63,511 bases of DNA, filler included, from Choristocarpus tenellus KU-1152 (GCA_964200185.2; 9 parts of 9 records of this genome joined end to end with filler, not necessarily neighbours in it); one strand, 5' to 3'; shown: positions 25,997 to 39,799, numbered from the whole stretch's first letter. The notes: generated from the letters alone by a model not told the origin. Made by a program: numbers and translations.

Positions 25997-26244
25997 GAGT
26001 GAAAGTATCTTGGAGGGTACGAGTTTTGCCCTGTCTGTCCATTTCGGGCTTGACTTCCCTCGGGTTTTTATGCCATTTTACTACTCCGAAACATTTCGGA
26101 ATAGGAAAAATGTGTATGTTATGAAAAGGTGTGTCCGGAAGAAGGATATTGACATTTCCTAACAGCCAAAATTACATCAAAATCGCAATATTGGATTTTG
26201 GTCCCCAAACGGACGTGGCTCTATCCTCTAAGGTACTTTCACTC
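25997..26244. mobile_element. MITE family A inserted in the copia gag region
   Basis: GAGTGAAAGTA...TACTTTCACTC with exact CCAA TSD. Confidence 0.85.
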
Positions 26245-28734
26245 CCAAGTGTCTTGGATGTGGCTTCAGGGGCCTCGGGAGTTCCATACCCTCTCATTGC
26301 GATGTCATAGAGGTCCCGTCCTCCAGTTTGACCCACTACTGACAGTTTTCATGTGTCCTCAACAAACGTCCATGTGGTGCATGATCGGGAAGACTTGGTA
26401 AGCAATTGGACTGTCAAGCAAACAAGTACCTTCGGGAATATTGGGAAGCTAGGGGGCTGAGGAAACTGGGGATCAGTTTCTAATTGCCACGGACAGGTGC
26501 AGGAGGTCAACAAGAGTGTTACTTCAGGATGTACTGTGAGTCCCTGGTGTGCTGTGTCGCATACTGAATACTGGGACTCTCCATCGAGACGGAGGAGAAA
26601 TGATGGACTTGGGTACAAATCAAAGTTATCTCAAAGACCACTTGGAATTCTTCCCAGATAAATTTGAAGAAACCAAGGGGGTTATTTAACCTTGCTGAAA
26701 TCATAATGAAAACTCAGAGAAAAATCAAGCGACTAATTCCAGCACTATATACACCAGCAAACAACAGAAGGTGACACACTCCAGGATTGTCACCTCCTAG
26801 GTAGGACATATCAACACTTCATCCATCAAGCAAGCAACTTGAGAAGCATGAACGCAATCTGGTGGGGTCTTTCAACGCAGACATAGGGGATCAAGTAGTT
26901 CCAGGTATTCATTGACAAAAAAGACAGTAGTAGAGGCAAGAAGGTTCACGTCCTGAAAACATGAGCCGCACCAACAGCAGCAACACCAGCTACGTTGACA
27001 AGATGTCTAGGGAAGGCATACCAGTACAATGCTAGCAACGATGGCACTGGGGAACTTGCAAGGTCAAGTGAAATGTCAATGAATGCTGGCCAACAACACT
27101 TCTAGATGGAGGAAGTCACCGCCTTGAACACTTCAGAGAATGGGATCACAGGGTGGGCTTTTAGGCAGCAGATGTAAGCAGCGAGGAGCCAACTAGTGAA
27201 TGCTAGCCGTGGCAGCGAATACTGATTCTTTGCCCTCTTGGATGTGACCTTGCAATCAGGAGGTATGCTGCAAGAGTATCTTGGAGTGAAGACACCACGT
27301 GAGCACCTAACTGGCAAGGAATTCAATCTGGACAGGCTGTAAGTATGGGGGGAGCAAATGCTACGCCCACCAACAAAACAACAGAGGGGAGTTGACTCGA
27401 AGCTTCACCGATATGCTAGGAAGGGAATACACTCTTGGGGCATGATCATACATCTCTGTGTGGGCACTTACGGCTCCTTCAAGAGACCGAGCTGGAGACT
27501 CCTGGATAAGTGACGTTTGAGCCAGATGCATGTACCATGGACAATGTTGGGGAACAAGCGACGATTTGATTTGACTGACAATGAGGACGAGTACATCACA
27601 AGATGAGGACTCCAATAGAGGTTCCAATGGGGACCTCAATGATGGGGCTGATTGAATACTGCAGGAAACATCAGTGCGCAAGGATACAACAACAACTGTG
27701 ACACCCTCCACTACTGATGGGAAGTGCAGGTCTTCCAGGATCAGCAAGCAACCCAATGTGGACTATTGAGGTCTACTTGTTGGAAAGGGGGTAGAGATGG
27801 GTGAGAATGTGGCAAGTCTACTCATATCAACCACTGACGACATGTACTGCTTGATGGGTATGGCAGGCGATATTTCCACGGATCACCAAGAAACTTTCTA
27901 CACTGGAGAAGCACTCGCAGGATCTGATGCGGAGGAGTGCAGAGAGGCGATGATAAATAAGAAGAGATAGAAGGGTTGCAGACAAGAGGAACCTTCAGTG
28001 ACTGGACAGATCTACCACCTGGACACAGAGTTGTTAACACTAAATTTGTACTTGGACATCGAAAGGATTGTGAATGGCACCATCAAGCGCTGTAAGGCAC
28101 GGTTGGTGGCACAGGGTCTCACACAGCAACGAGGGCATGGGTAATTTGTACACATTTAGCTTGGTGGTTTGATTCGATTTCATCTGCCCCGTACTGGCTA
28201 TGATAGCACATCGAGACTGAGTTGTTCGATCTCTGGACTTGATGCAAGCAAAATTTAGATGCACCCCTCCCTGAAGATGCTTGATTGTTGAAGTCACAAG
28301 GGTCCATCTGTGGCCTCAAGTAGTCTGATCTGGAGCATTGCAAGTAACTGAATGGGGCAATACTGGATGAAGGATACAATATCAGTGACCTCAACACGTG
28401 CCTGTGTTAGAAGAGGAATTTGGAGGGTCGGACCACCATTCTCATTTACTCTGCGGATGACATCTCCTTGACTGGGTACTTTTGTGACTAAGTTGAGTGG
28501 ATGAGGAAAAACTGCATAAAAAGTGTCAAGGTCGGGATCTCGGTATCCCCAACAAGCTATTCGGGGTGGCGATAGAAAGGGACGAAGCAGGGACTTTGCT
28601 ATAACAGAGAGTATAAAGCCCAGATGATTGTGATGGAGGGCATGGCACCAATAGATATTAGGTGCACATCATCACCTTTGGACCAAGGAATGGACTTGAC
28701 GCCACAGTGAAGTGATACGGAAGAGCTCGATCCG

Positions 28735-28910
28735 AGAACCAGGCCTTACTGCACTATTCTGGGGAAACTCATGTGTTCCTAGGAAGGTTGACAAGACCGG
28801 ACATATCAAACAGTTTTAAGAGAACCAGGCCTTACTGCACTATTCTGGGGAAACTCATGTGTTCCTAGGAAGGTTGACAAGACCGGACATATCAAACAGT
28901 TTTAAGAGAA
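28735..28910 (+). repeat. Identical 85-bp tandem duplication inside copia RT
   Basis: AGAACCAGGCCTTACTGC...AAACAGTTTTAAG at 28735 and 28820. Confidence 0.85.
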
Positions 28911-31771
28911 CAAGGCTGATGTGACGCAATACCTTGCAGCAGACACTGGACAGGGCTACCACAGGTACTGTGATACAATGAAGGTACTACTGATGTGGGG
29001 ATACACTATTCCGCTGGTGGTGGTATCAAACAGTAGGAGTTTCTTGAGTGTGGTAACTCAGACTGAGCCAAAAGCCCTGTGTGAAGGTGGAGTGTTACAG
29101 GGTAGGTGTTGTTCACGGATGAATTACTCATTGTGTGATGGTGTAGACGTAAAGGAGCTGTCGCACTCTCAAGCATGGAGGTGAAGTGGACAGCATTGAC
29201 CCCAAGATGAGACATTGCATCTTTCTAAGGGGTATTTTGGGAGAGCTTGGTGTGGATCAAGGACCAGATCCTTGTTTTGGAGAGAGTTGTGAGGGTGTTC
29301 AGGCTGGTACGGTTGAACGGTTTAGTGGTAGAATTAGGTATGTAGACATGGTTCTTAAGTGCACAAAAGAGAGCACACCCAAGGGTTTTTTTGTTTTTCT
29401 TACAGAATATATTCCCAAATCAATGTAGCCAGCAGACATTTTAACCATTTGTACTTGCAAACATCAAGTGCGGGTACTTACTGACATTATGTTGACGAAG
29501 TTGAATTGTGTGAGATTTACAGCAATGGTTTGCCTGTTCTCTCATGGGGGAGTGTGCAATACATGACTTGGATGAAGTATTTGGTTAGGAGGACTTAGAT
29601 AAGAAGGTGCTCCTCATTTATGTGGATCAATGAAAGGCCTTAGTTCATGAGATGTAACTGATGAAACGGTGCATCCAGACTACTGGAGAATCGACTTGAT
29701 TCATACATAAATATATATTATAATATATATATATGTTGATTATTCCCAACAACTTGAGTATCTTCACACATGTCTCATCACAGGATAAACAATGATGAAG
29801 GCAAATGAACAGGAGCACAGACAACCGAGATCGCTTGTCTGTTCTACAGCCGTATCACCTCTAGCGAAGTGAGAATCCCTTGTATTCTCTTCTTGACTCC
29901 TGTCTCAAATTTCTTCTCCATTACTCAGCAAACACCAGTCTACGATAAGAGTGCAGAGTTTGAAGCTGCATCCTCTGTTTTTGTTGAGAAATATTGGGGT
30001 GCCACTGTACTTCCAGAACTGTATGTCCCTTCACTCAATGCCCTGGCAGTAAGTGGTGTGTCAATAATTGGCTTGCACAGGTACTGCTGAAATCTTGTCA
30101 TTGCCACGTGAACACTATAGCAAGAATCGACTGTAAGGTTTTCATCTTAGGGGATTTTTTTTTTTGCTCTGCATTATTTCAAAAGCAGAGGATCGAGATG
30201 AGAAATACTTCATATAGACATTGCGTTCCAGAGAGAGAGAGAGATTATTTACATATCTTACATGTTTGATTTTTACGACAGTGATATTTGCATGAATACA
30301 GAAAATGGAGAATATTTTTAATTTTATCCTCACTGACATTGTGTCGATGTGGTTTTGGCCAAGGAGAAGGAGCAATATAGGAGGTAGGGAATGCACTCAA
30401 CACAACAACAGCAGGGTCTGTGTTAGAACATAATCAAGAAGTTTGTAGTGATTATTTTTTATAACTGTATTCATATTTTTAAGGTTAGTATCATACAGTT
30501 GTGGAAAATAGTAATAGGAAGGCGTATGTCCATTACTCTTGCGATTCTTGTTCAAATCGGATAAAAATAAATATGTATGAAAGCTAGGGGTAAGGAGCAT
30601 CTCTAACGCCCCAAAACGTCACGCTCACTCAGTCTCAGGAGGCGGAGCAATGATGTTCTCCTCCCTCAAGCTGACTCTCTCCGTCCTCCTCAATCGCCTT
30701 CAGCTTCAATCCTTCATCCGGGAACATTTCACAGCTTCACTCAAGGACAGCAACTCGCCTCTGTCTCCCTTCCCCCCTTCCCCCATTGCACGTTTGGCCC
30801 CTTCCTTGCCCACATTCTTTTTCTGGGCAGACTCCCCTTCCCATGAATCTAGCTTGTCACAAAAAAACTCCTCAGGACCCAAACCACGATTCCCCCCTGG
30901 GTCGGATCACTCGTATGGCCTCGTGAACACCTTCCAAGTGTGTGGATCTGAGACCATGGGGCACCCCACAGAGTTCTCACCTACCAAACGCAAGGATCCG
31001 TTCACTTCGCCGGACACTATCACGTTAAGACTGTTCCCAGTGTGATGGGTCGGTTGGTTCCCAAACCTATCTCTCAGCCTCCAGACGCCTCTCATTGACT
31101 GCTAGGACTCCACTCTCCTGTAGACAAAAAAGAGATGTAACAGTTGGGACGAGAGGGTTTTCAACTTTACACTGATAAAGTGTTAGGACAAATGCTTGCT
31201 TGTGTTGCTGTGATCTACCCTGTTGCAAAATCCTCACAGCCCCTTCTGTGATTATCCCTTTGTGGGGAGACCACGTATGTCTCTCGAAGGCCTTCAAACT
31301 GTTGATAAAAACGACTTCTAGCCTGGATTTCGAGATTTCCGGCTATCACGTGCAAGAATCCTTTGCTTCATTGGACATCACGAGGTCGAGTTTTACTGCG
31401 CCCCCGATTTTGCAACCCCCAAAACAGGCAGCTCAACTTCTGAGTGCCACTATGCAACCAATTGGGACGCTCTTCCAGACGAGAAGTACGCCTGTCAAAC
31501 AAACGCTAGGGTCCTGATCTCTTCCAACACACTACTTCGTGTTGGGGTAGATTGTGATAAATAAGGCTTTGCCAGTGAGTGAAGCAGTGAAGAGAGACTT
31601 ACCAAACGAAATTTTTCCTTTAAAAAAAAAATCGAAAAAAAAAAAGTTTGTCCAGAAAATCGATTTTTCTTTTTTCTTTTTTCATGCCCGCCTATCGATT
31701 TTCCTTCCATAGCATTAACTCTGTACGGCAAACGGTTCTTGGCTGTACTGGATGACACTTGGCTACCCCAG

Positions 31772-32239
31772 GTCAAAGAGCCAAGTGTCGCTGGAGGCAA
31801 CAACAATGCCCACACTGCATCATCCCCTCCTCGGCATCACCATCTAGAAGAGGAGAGTGGAGGAGATGTGAACATCGGCCCTGCTGCAAAGTTTGGCATA
31901 AGTGTGTCTGACTTGGTGGCTAGTGGTGGTGGGAGTCGCAGTGTGAATGGGAATGTAAGAAAGACAGCAGGACCCGGTGGGGGCAGAAGTGGAGGTCGAG
32001 ATGGAGGAGTTAGAAAAGGCAGCTTCTGTCGGAGGGAGCAAGCCGTAGCTCCTGGAGAAGGGGTGAGTGCCAAAAGGGGAGGAATAGGAAAAGGAAGAAG
32101 AGAGGGGGGGAATGGAGTTCCACACGAGAGGCCAGGCGGTGCTGGTTCTGGGAGAGAGGCAGATGATGATGGGGGTGGCGATGATGATGATGATGGTGAA
32201 GATGATAACAATGACATAGACATAGTTGCCCCATGTTGG
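31772..32239 (+). CDS. Low-complexity Gly/Asp-rich exon of an unidentified host gene, cut by gap
   Basis: CCCCAG acceptor. Open frame to the gap with composition like the other host exons. Confidence 0.4.
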
Positions 32240-33307
32240 NNNNNNNNNNNNNNNNNNNNNNNNNNNNNNNNNNNNNNNNNNNNTTAATTAATTAANNNNN
32301 NNNNNNNNNNNNNNNNNNNNNNNNNNNNNNNNNNNNNNNCCCCCCACACACACACATACTTTGACCCAGAAACAACCTTTGCTTAATTGTGGTAACATTT
32401 TGTGCGTGGAAAAAGAGAACATCAGTATGGGTACACTATTGTGTGCACAAAGGCGATTAAATAGAGAGCATCGCACAGGGTAAGAAAGATTGGCTTAGAA
32501 TACAAAAAAAAGGTCAAAACCGCCCTACCTCTCAATTGGTTTGGCTCAGAGGTATGGGTGATCCATATACCATGTTTCACATGGCGATTTAAAAGCAGGA
32601 TTAGTCGTGGTCCATGTACAGTTAAGCGAGTCGAATATGCAGTGTTAAATATCTACTCAAAGGGGGCTGTCTTAGGGATAGAGACACGAGTAAACAGAAA
32701 TGGAAATTGGAGGTGAGCAGATAGTGAACCTTAAGGAGTGATGACAAACATCCTTTCAGCAGACCCATCAAATCGAGGGGTATCTGGAGGAGGAGACTCT
32801 CGTTTGATCTCATAGTCTCTGCAAAAGGCACCAAGAAGTTCCCTCATAGAAGCCCCCCCCATAATCGGACGGCACCCATGACTAGAGAGGGGGAGTGCCA
32901 TCAGCACGAGTATGAGGCAGGTCCATTTTATTTAGAAGGTTTGGCAGCATCCGACTTGAGACAAAGGAAGTACAACCAAACAAAACGAGAGAAGTCATCA
33001 TTCCGAACTATCTTCGTGTAACGTTTGTTATGGTGTAGTACAAAGGGGAATGAATGCCCCTTTGTTGGGAACAATCACAGCCTTTGGGGAACTCAAACTC
33101 ATTTAAGAACCATTTAAGAACCATTTAAGAACCATTTCACACAATTTTGATGTGTTCTCGAACCATTTTGATACGTTCTTGAGATGTTTTTTGGATGTTT
33201 CCTTATCTTAGTATTTTTGTATTGTTTTTTGTACATTTTTGGGGTCAAACTTGAACTCATTGTGACTATATCATTGAAAAAATATAGAACGATACATAAA
33301 ATAAAAA

Positions 33308-33381
33308 AGGTGCCACCGGGGTTTGAACCCGGGACCTTGTCGATGTCAACGACATGTTCTGACCAACTAAACCATGGCGCC
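33308..33381 (-). tRNA. tRNA-Val(GAC)
   Basis: GGCGCCA-TG-GTTT..GAAC-A-TGTCG-TTGACAT-CGACA-AGGTC-CCGGG-TTCAAAC-CCCGG-TGGCACC folds as a full cloverleaf with one C3-A70 mismatch. Followed by a T6 Pol III terminator. Confidence 0.85.
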
Positions 33382-33949
33382 ATCTTCCACATACATTCGG
33401 ACAATTTATCCTATACTAATCAGTCTACAGAAATAGGGTGGGATCTTACCCAATCTGATTGTCAAACATTGGACGACCTACAAACCCATGGGTCCTTAGA
33501 TATAAATCCTCCTCACCCCCTCATTCCATTCCTGTTGCTTCCATTACAAAATCGGGTTTATTTCAACGTATTTGATTCAATATGACTCAGGTATGAGAAT
33601 GTAGAGTTGAAGCAATAACCTCAACAAAGTGCAACCGTAGATTGGTCTTTTGGCTTTGCATTTCTACTTTCGATTATCTTTTTTGTAGGGTGAGAGTCAC
33701 CCTGCTGGAACCAAGTGTTTTCCTATGAATACGTCTGCACCCATTACCCTTGATTCACCTGAGTAAGCTTTAGAAACAGCCAGGGAGTGCATCTGGGTGA
33801 GGTTATCATGTGTGACCAGCACATACGGACAGAATGTCGATGAGAGGTTGCCGTTCGCGACACAGTGCAGCAAGTTTTGCAGTAGATAACTTGCCACATA
33901 CCCATGTATGGTCCCGAACCTTTCCACAGTACCTCTCCAAAACGTGTCA

Positions 33950-34121
33950 GGCTCAAAATATCTGGGGTGGGGGAGGGATCTACTCCAGGGTGTCCATTTG
34001 GAGCCTGACCAGGAAAAGTGCTATTATCCATCCAACGAATGCAACCAAATCACCCGAAAATCGCGACATGAAAAACGAAACCTGAATGGATAGATGCCAT
34101 CCCCCCCAGATACTTTGAGCC
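33950..34121. mobile_element. MITE family B (G-run type)
   Basis: GGCTCAAAATATCTGGGG / CCCCAGATACTTTGAGCC. Flanks GTCA/GGCA. Confidence 0.75.
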
Positions 34122-34235
34122 GGCATTCGTTACTCCTTTTTCTCCACCTTTACACTGTTGCATTAAAGAGAGTCTCTATTACGCACGTACCTTTGTACTA
34201 TCTGCGTTCATCAGCATACTGCAATAGAGGCTACT

Positions 34236-34754
34236 GAGTCAAACCAACTGAGCCAAAGTAAACGAGAGGTACCCAGAGTTGTATTTTAAGGATGTTGACA
34301 AGTATGTGCAAACTCAACGGTAAATAAAATTGAGTGTAGAAAATATTCTTAAATCTGACAGGAAGTTCCAAATGTAGAGAAATCAACACTCTCAAGTCGA
34401 ACTTTGCACTTATCCATACAAATATGGGTGAATTACAAAAGATTAAAAATATTACTTATAATCTAAAACTGTCAACACCTGGGCACCTCTCGCTTACTTT
34501 GAATCGCTTAGAGGTAGGGAGGGTTGCATTTTAAGGATCTTGACAAAGGGAGAAATATGTCATTTTGTACAATTGAAGAAAATACCCTTTGCTGATTTGT
34601 GGCATCACATTGTGTTTGGAGAGGGGGAATATCGTTTTTTCATGCACTAATGAGCACATTAAGCAAACAAAATGATGTCCATTGTACAGTGAAAAACAGA
34701 TGTCTTAGGATGCACAAGGGTCCAAAACTGCCTACCTCTTGATTGGTTTGGCTC
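34236..34754. mobile_element. MITE family E with a nested family F copy (34250-34505)
   Basis: Outer GAGTCAAACCAA..AGAGGTAGG / CCTACCTCTTGATTGGTTTGGCTC with TACT TSD; a matching end occurs at ~32525-32547. Inner GAGCCAAAGTAAACGAGAGGTACCCAG / CTGGGCACCTCTCGCTTACTTTGAATC. Confidence 0.7.
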
Positions 34755-36753
34755 TACTCAAGATGCAATGTTAGTCGATGTGAAGTCAAAAACATTCCTT
34801 GACTACCTCTAACTGCCCCCATCTCTCCGCCCCCGTCTGGACATGGAACTGCAATGTTCATAAGTGGAACAACAGTGAAAACAAACGCAACTATTCTCAG
34901 CAAATAAACGTCACACTCAGACTTGTGAGCAAAGCACGTGGATGTCCTCACGTTGTATACACCTCATGAGAAGCACACAGTGCAGCAGGAATTAATGCGA
35001 TCACCTAACGGATGATGATGATAGAGCCAGAGTATTTTAGAGGGTAGAGCCGCGTCCATTTGGNNNNNNNNNNNNNNNNNNNNNNNNNNNNNNNNNNNNN
35101 NNNNNNNTTAATTAATTAANNNNNNNNNNNNNNNNNNNNNNNNNNNNNNNNNNNNNNNNNNNNAGTTCAAAGGCACGGTATGAAGGGGATGATGAAGGGG
35201 TGTTCTTGGATTATTGTGGAGTGGTGTTGAATGGGGCTGGGAAGCAGTAAGTGAGTAAAAGTCTTGTGGGGGGGAGTGGGGTTGAATGGTGTGGTGGAGT
35301 GGTAAGTGGCGTGGGGGTTGAGTGGGGTTAACGAGTGGGGTGGCGACTGGAAATCAGTGGTGAAGGGGTCGCACTGGTTGGTCATCAGAGGTGGCACAAT
35401 GGGGAGGAGGGGAATGGGTGGAACACAAATATAAAATAATAATAATTGTTATTATTATAATCCAGAATTCGTGAGCAAAGGAGAAGTAATAAAAAGGGTG
35501 GTTGCGAAAAAGAGTTTAGTTAGATCACCTTAGTATTGATTGCATTTTAACTGACGTTACGATGAATAAATTTTATATACATAAATTATATAAAATTTAG
35601 CATCTGCTGAGATTCGAACTCAGCACTACTGTACCATCAGCTATTCCTCCACGAATGGAAATGTATCCAACAACCGCTGCTAGTTGATACTTCAAAGTAT
35701 AATTGAAAAAGAAGAAAAAGACATTGGTCTGTAATTATTAAGAGAACTTTTGTACAGTACTGTACGTTGAAGTCACTCGTTTTGACCTCGATTTTTTTTT
35801 TTTTTTTTTTAGATGTCTTTTTTATATTTTTCCCTTTCAAAAACTCTGTGCTTGGTTCCCTTTTTTGGAGGCACAGCTTTCGGAGGCAAGGTTGGCTCCG
35901 ATGAATCCACTCCCTCCCCCCCCCCTATTGTTATGGAAGGATCGTTCAGCTCATCAACAACCTGAAAGGATTGGTATAGTGATGTGAAGGATACGTTCTA
36001 TATTTGTCGGTTCTGTTTTTTTTTTCTGTGCCAGCTGGCTTGCCCTCTATTTTTTTATTTTTTAAACTTGACTTGTAGTTGGGATCATCCTGTGAACTGT
36101 TTGTAGCAAGAACGGTTTTGTTGGTGGTGAGATGAGTGTTTTTGACGGGACCGTCAGACTAAGAAAGAGTATTTTTTATATTTAATATTTTGTTTTTATG
36201 TTATCTTTCACGCCTTTCTGCTCACCTTTCGCGATATAGTATTAGAGCCGCTGTTGCATTATACTAGATTAGGGTTAGGGTTAGCTTATATTAATATTTA
36301 TTATGCAGCTCTAGAGTGAGATAGTAGTGAATGAAAAGGGTACAACAGGTTATGAAGAGATACAGTTTTTGCCCGGGACAGTACCAGTGAAACTGTTTTT
36401 ACCGTTTCATCCCTGTTGATCTGTTTGGTTGGTTGGTTAGCGCATTGGTCTGCTTCGAGATGTGATGAGGTAAGTACGACTGAAAAACAGGCAAGTATCA
36501 TTTCTTTTATATTATTAATAAACGTACTATACAATAAATATAATGTTTTATAATATACAAAATTATATATATATATATATATGTATATTCAATATATAAA
36601 CATAATGTTGCAACCGTGTATGTTCCCTTTCGCTTCCTCTCCCCTAATTCCAGTTGACCTCTTGCCCTAACCCTAACTGACCTGATTGTTTCCGTTCTTC
36701 CTTCTACTTTTTTCTTTCTTTCTTTCCTTGGGCTATATTTCCTCTCACAAAAG

Positions 36754-39700
36754 ATGGCGATGGGTTGGTTTCAGACACTCTTTGTCTACCTGCATGCCAT
36801 GCCTCAGACGACTCTCCGCCGGATATGGGACTGGTGGCTCTGTTCAGGGGATTTTGAGGTACTTTATATTATTGTTGTTGTTGTTGTTGTTTGCTATTGT
36901 TACCATTTGAGAGGGAGTTTTTTAGAGGTTGGGGAAGGGGAGGAGGTGGATACAGCGTTTGTTTTTTCTTCTGTTGGCCAATGTATGCCCCCGTTATACT
37001 ATACCTTTCTTCCCTTCCCGAAACTCTGGCGACATGGACAATGTTTTGTTCGATTGAGTCGCACTCAATCATTGTACTTATTTTTTATTTGTATTTAAAG
37101 AAATGCGGAATTAACGCCGATCGCAGGTAGGTGGAGAGGGTCATTTCTTAGATCTTAGATCAAATCTATCAAAGCTCTTCATTTTTTGTTTTTTATTTCA
37201 TTGTAATATGTCGTTCAAGTTTGTTTTTTTTGTAAAGGTTAATGGTGCCACTCGCCGGAAGAGTAGAACAAAGTATTTGAACATTTGGAAGTAATTATTA
37301 GAATAGTAATAATGGATCCGTCAGTAGATTTCTCGTATGAAAATATCTTTTTGTTGTTTGAATGACCTCTGCTGGACCAACAAAATATATATATATTTCT
37401 GTTGTATCTAAGATGACCTCAAAGAAAATACTGCATACGATTCCACTCCAGTCAAATGAAAACAAGACTGTACTATTAAAAATACTATCAATAATGGTGA
37501 GCAAGACTATTTCTTTTACTTCAACAGTATAGGTGAAAATCAACACACAACCACAACTGCAAACCCTGTTATTGAGTTGTGAGTATGGAATGGTAGCATT
37601 AAAAATACTATCAATAATGGTGAGCAAGACTATTTCTTTTACTTCAACAGTATAGTTGAAAATCAACATACAACCACTATGGCAAACCCTATTATTGAGT
37701 TGTGAGTATGGGATGGTAAATTTCGCTCCCCCCTCCTCCCCTACGCCTTGCCTTGCCTTGCCCTACCTTGGCCATTTGTATGCAAGGTGTTTTTCCGAGT
37801 GTCCATGGCCCTGCTGCATCTGAGCCAGGACACCCTTCTGAGTCTAGACTTCGACCAGACGATTCGGTGAGGGTACCCCCCAAGCACTTAGGGAGGGGAA
37901 CCTGACATAGAAACGTTCTGAGAAAGGGCAGGAAAGGGAGGAGAGAGGGGGCTGGGATTAGACTGTTTTTGCTCGATTAGTTGTGAGATAGGTAGCAGAA
38001 ATGATGAATCACTGTTTTGGTCAGAAGTGGATTCATTCAGTGCTACAAGCTCCCTCTCTCTCTCTCTCTCTCTGTGTGTGAAGAGTGTACTTCTCAGTAG
38101 ATGGAAGTACTACTTTTTGTATCATTGATGCACCAACTGCTACAGAGAGTGCTGTTTGTGTTGCCTGTCTGTTGGCAAAGGGGTGTTGAAGGAGGGATGA
38201 GTGATTGAGTGATTGAGTAAGTGCCTTAATGGTATATCCCTAGGTGGGAGGGTGTTGAGTGGGGTTATGTACAGGGTGATGCATCGAGGATCACCCAAAG
38301 AAGTCTCACTACTTTTTTTATTATTGAATATGCTTTTGTATGCCTTTGCGGTATACATGCCATACCAATGCAAAAATGAGGTTTCATCTGCCTTCGAAGG
38401 GTGTGGTCTTACAAAGGAAGATTTTCTGTGAGAACATTGTTAGGAAAGAGTACCCTTCACAACAGTTTTCAAAACACGTGTACCAGAAGACAGTCATAGG
38501 GTTCCTTCAAAATCAACGACCCTATTCCTCCCTTCGGTGGCATCACTCACATTTACGCTGAGGTGGTAGTAATAATAGTAATAGTGATAATAATAATAAT
38601 AATAATAATAATAAAGCAACGGTGAACCAAAGAATTGGAAGAAGTATCACCCTGACACAGAGGATTGTATTGAGGATCAGGGCTTTGTAGTCAAAAACTA
38701 TGGTTGGTTAGTAGTTCCTGTCGGACATGCAACGCGCGCGCGCGCGCCTTTTAAGTTAGGTGCAGTCATAGTTGTTGCGATAAAGTTTTTTTTTGTCTAT
38801 GTGACTTGGCTTGTGGTAGGGTTGGACAAGCGCGGTCATGTGGTCACCAGGGTAAAGCCTGTAGTGAAAAGAATGATGTGATGTGATGTGATGTAATGTG
38901 ATGTGATGTGCACCTCGAGGTACAGTTCCTAGGTGCATACAGGAAAGGGCCTAAGATTAGCCTTGCTAAGGTTTGCCGCGAAGTCAGGTAGCACACTGGA
39001 CCCCACCACAAGAATCATAATTGTTGGTGCAATATTTTTCAAGGGGGGAGCTCTGCAGTTTTGATTGCCACATGTGAACGGAGAGTTTTTTCTTCTTTTT
39101 TTTGTACTGAAGTACTCTGTACTCTGGTACAGTAGTAGTACCTGGTTTGTACTCTACTGGGCCCTCTACTGGCAGGTTCTCAGGTGTTGTACTTTGAGCC
39201 GAAATTAACTGCGGTTGCTATCGCTTACCGCTGGATATGACACCCTATGTCGTGTCAAGAGTCGCTTTTGACAGCAAGATGTATATATATACATATTTAC
39301 CTAATGGTAAGATAAGAACAAATGCAAAAATATATATATTCCACTGTGATTTATGGTACTATTGGTATTAATATTAATATCTTATCTGCCCTTTTTACTC
39401 CCTCAAGTAAGTAGAGATGGTGAAGCAATATGCCTGTCTGCATGTGTGTGTGTGTGTATGGAGATAATTTGTTCAAGTTGCCTCTGACTGAATTTTCGTC
39501 TGTTTGCACTGTTACCACAATTAAACCAAAATGTGCAGAGGGTACACCATAGTTTTTGGTATGGCGAGGCTTCTTCACTGCCACTTTTGTGGGAACTTTG
39601 ATCATCCTTTGCTGGTCTATTTCCGTCCTTGCCTTGCATACCCACCCCTTGTCCCTCTCTTGAACCGGTTGGTGTGATCTGGGGATGCAGATACTTCAAT

Positions 39701-39799
39701 TCTTTTCCAAATTCTTCTATCCTGTCCCCTGAGGTGCTACTGCGTAAAGCAAAGAGTATCGTCATCCAGGAGGGAGAGTTGATGTACCTTGAAATGCAG
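36754..39799 (+). CDS. TBC (Rab-GAP) domain protein, C-terminal exons 36754-36858, 37787-37866, 39691-39799
   Basis: Spliced peptide MAMGWFQTLFVYLHAMPQTTLRRIWDWWLCSGDFE|VFFRVSMALLHLSQDTLLSLDFDQTIR|YFNSFPNSSILSPEVLLRKAKSI matches the TBC signature WFxTLF..RIWD..G..VxFRVxxAxL. Junctions are GT-AG and in phase. Confidence 0.85.
37475..37711. repeat. ~123-bp tandem duplication in a TBC intron
   Basis: ATTAAAAATACTATCAATAATGGTGAGCAAGAC at 37475 and 37598. Confidence 0.85.

Larger units (their letters stand above)
25055..29955 (+). mobile_element. Highly decayed Ty1/copia element with both LTRs (5' ~25055-25525, 3' ~29553-29955)
   Basis: The two LTR regions align (GTCTCATCACA..AACCGAG..TGTTCTACA..ACCTCTAGC..GACTCCTGTCTC..AGTGCA). 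Copia-type PBS GGTTATTGGCCTAG at 25528. IKRCKARLVAQG RT motif near 28085. PPT ATGGGGGAG near 29544. Confidence 0.75.

Noticed and set aside
30650-31517. ORFs of 105-131 aa as a gene or TE
   Set aside because: No recognisable motif or consistent splice structure; left uncalled.
33095-33381. tRNA-headed SINE with a 12-bp (CATTTAAGAAC-type) repeat tail at ~33100-33136
   Set aside because: A T6 terminator directly follows the tRNA, no TSD was found and there is no second copy in the window.
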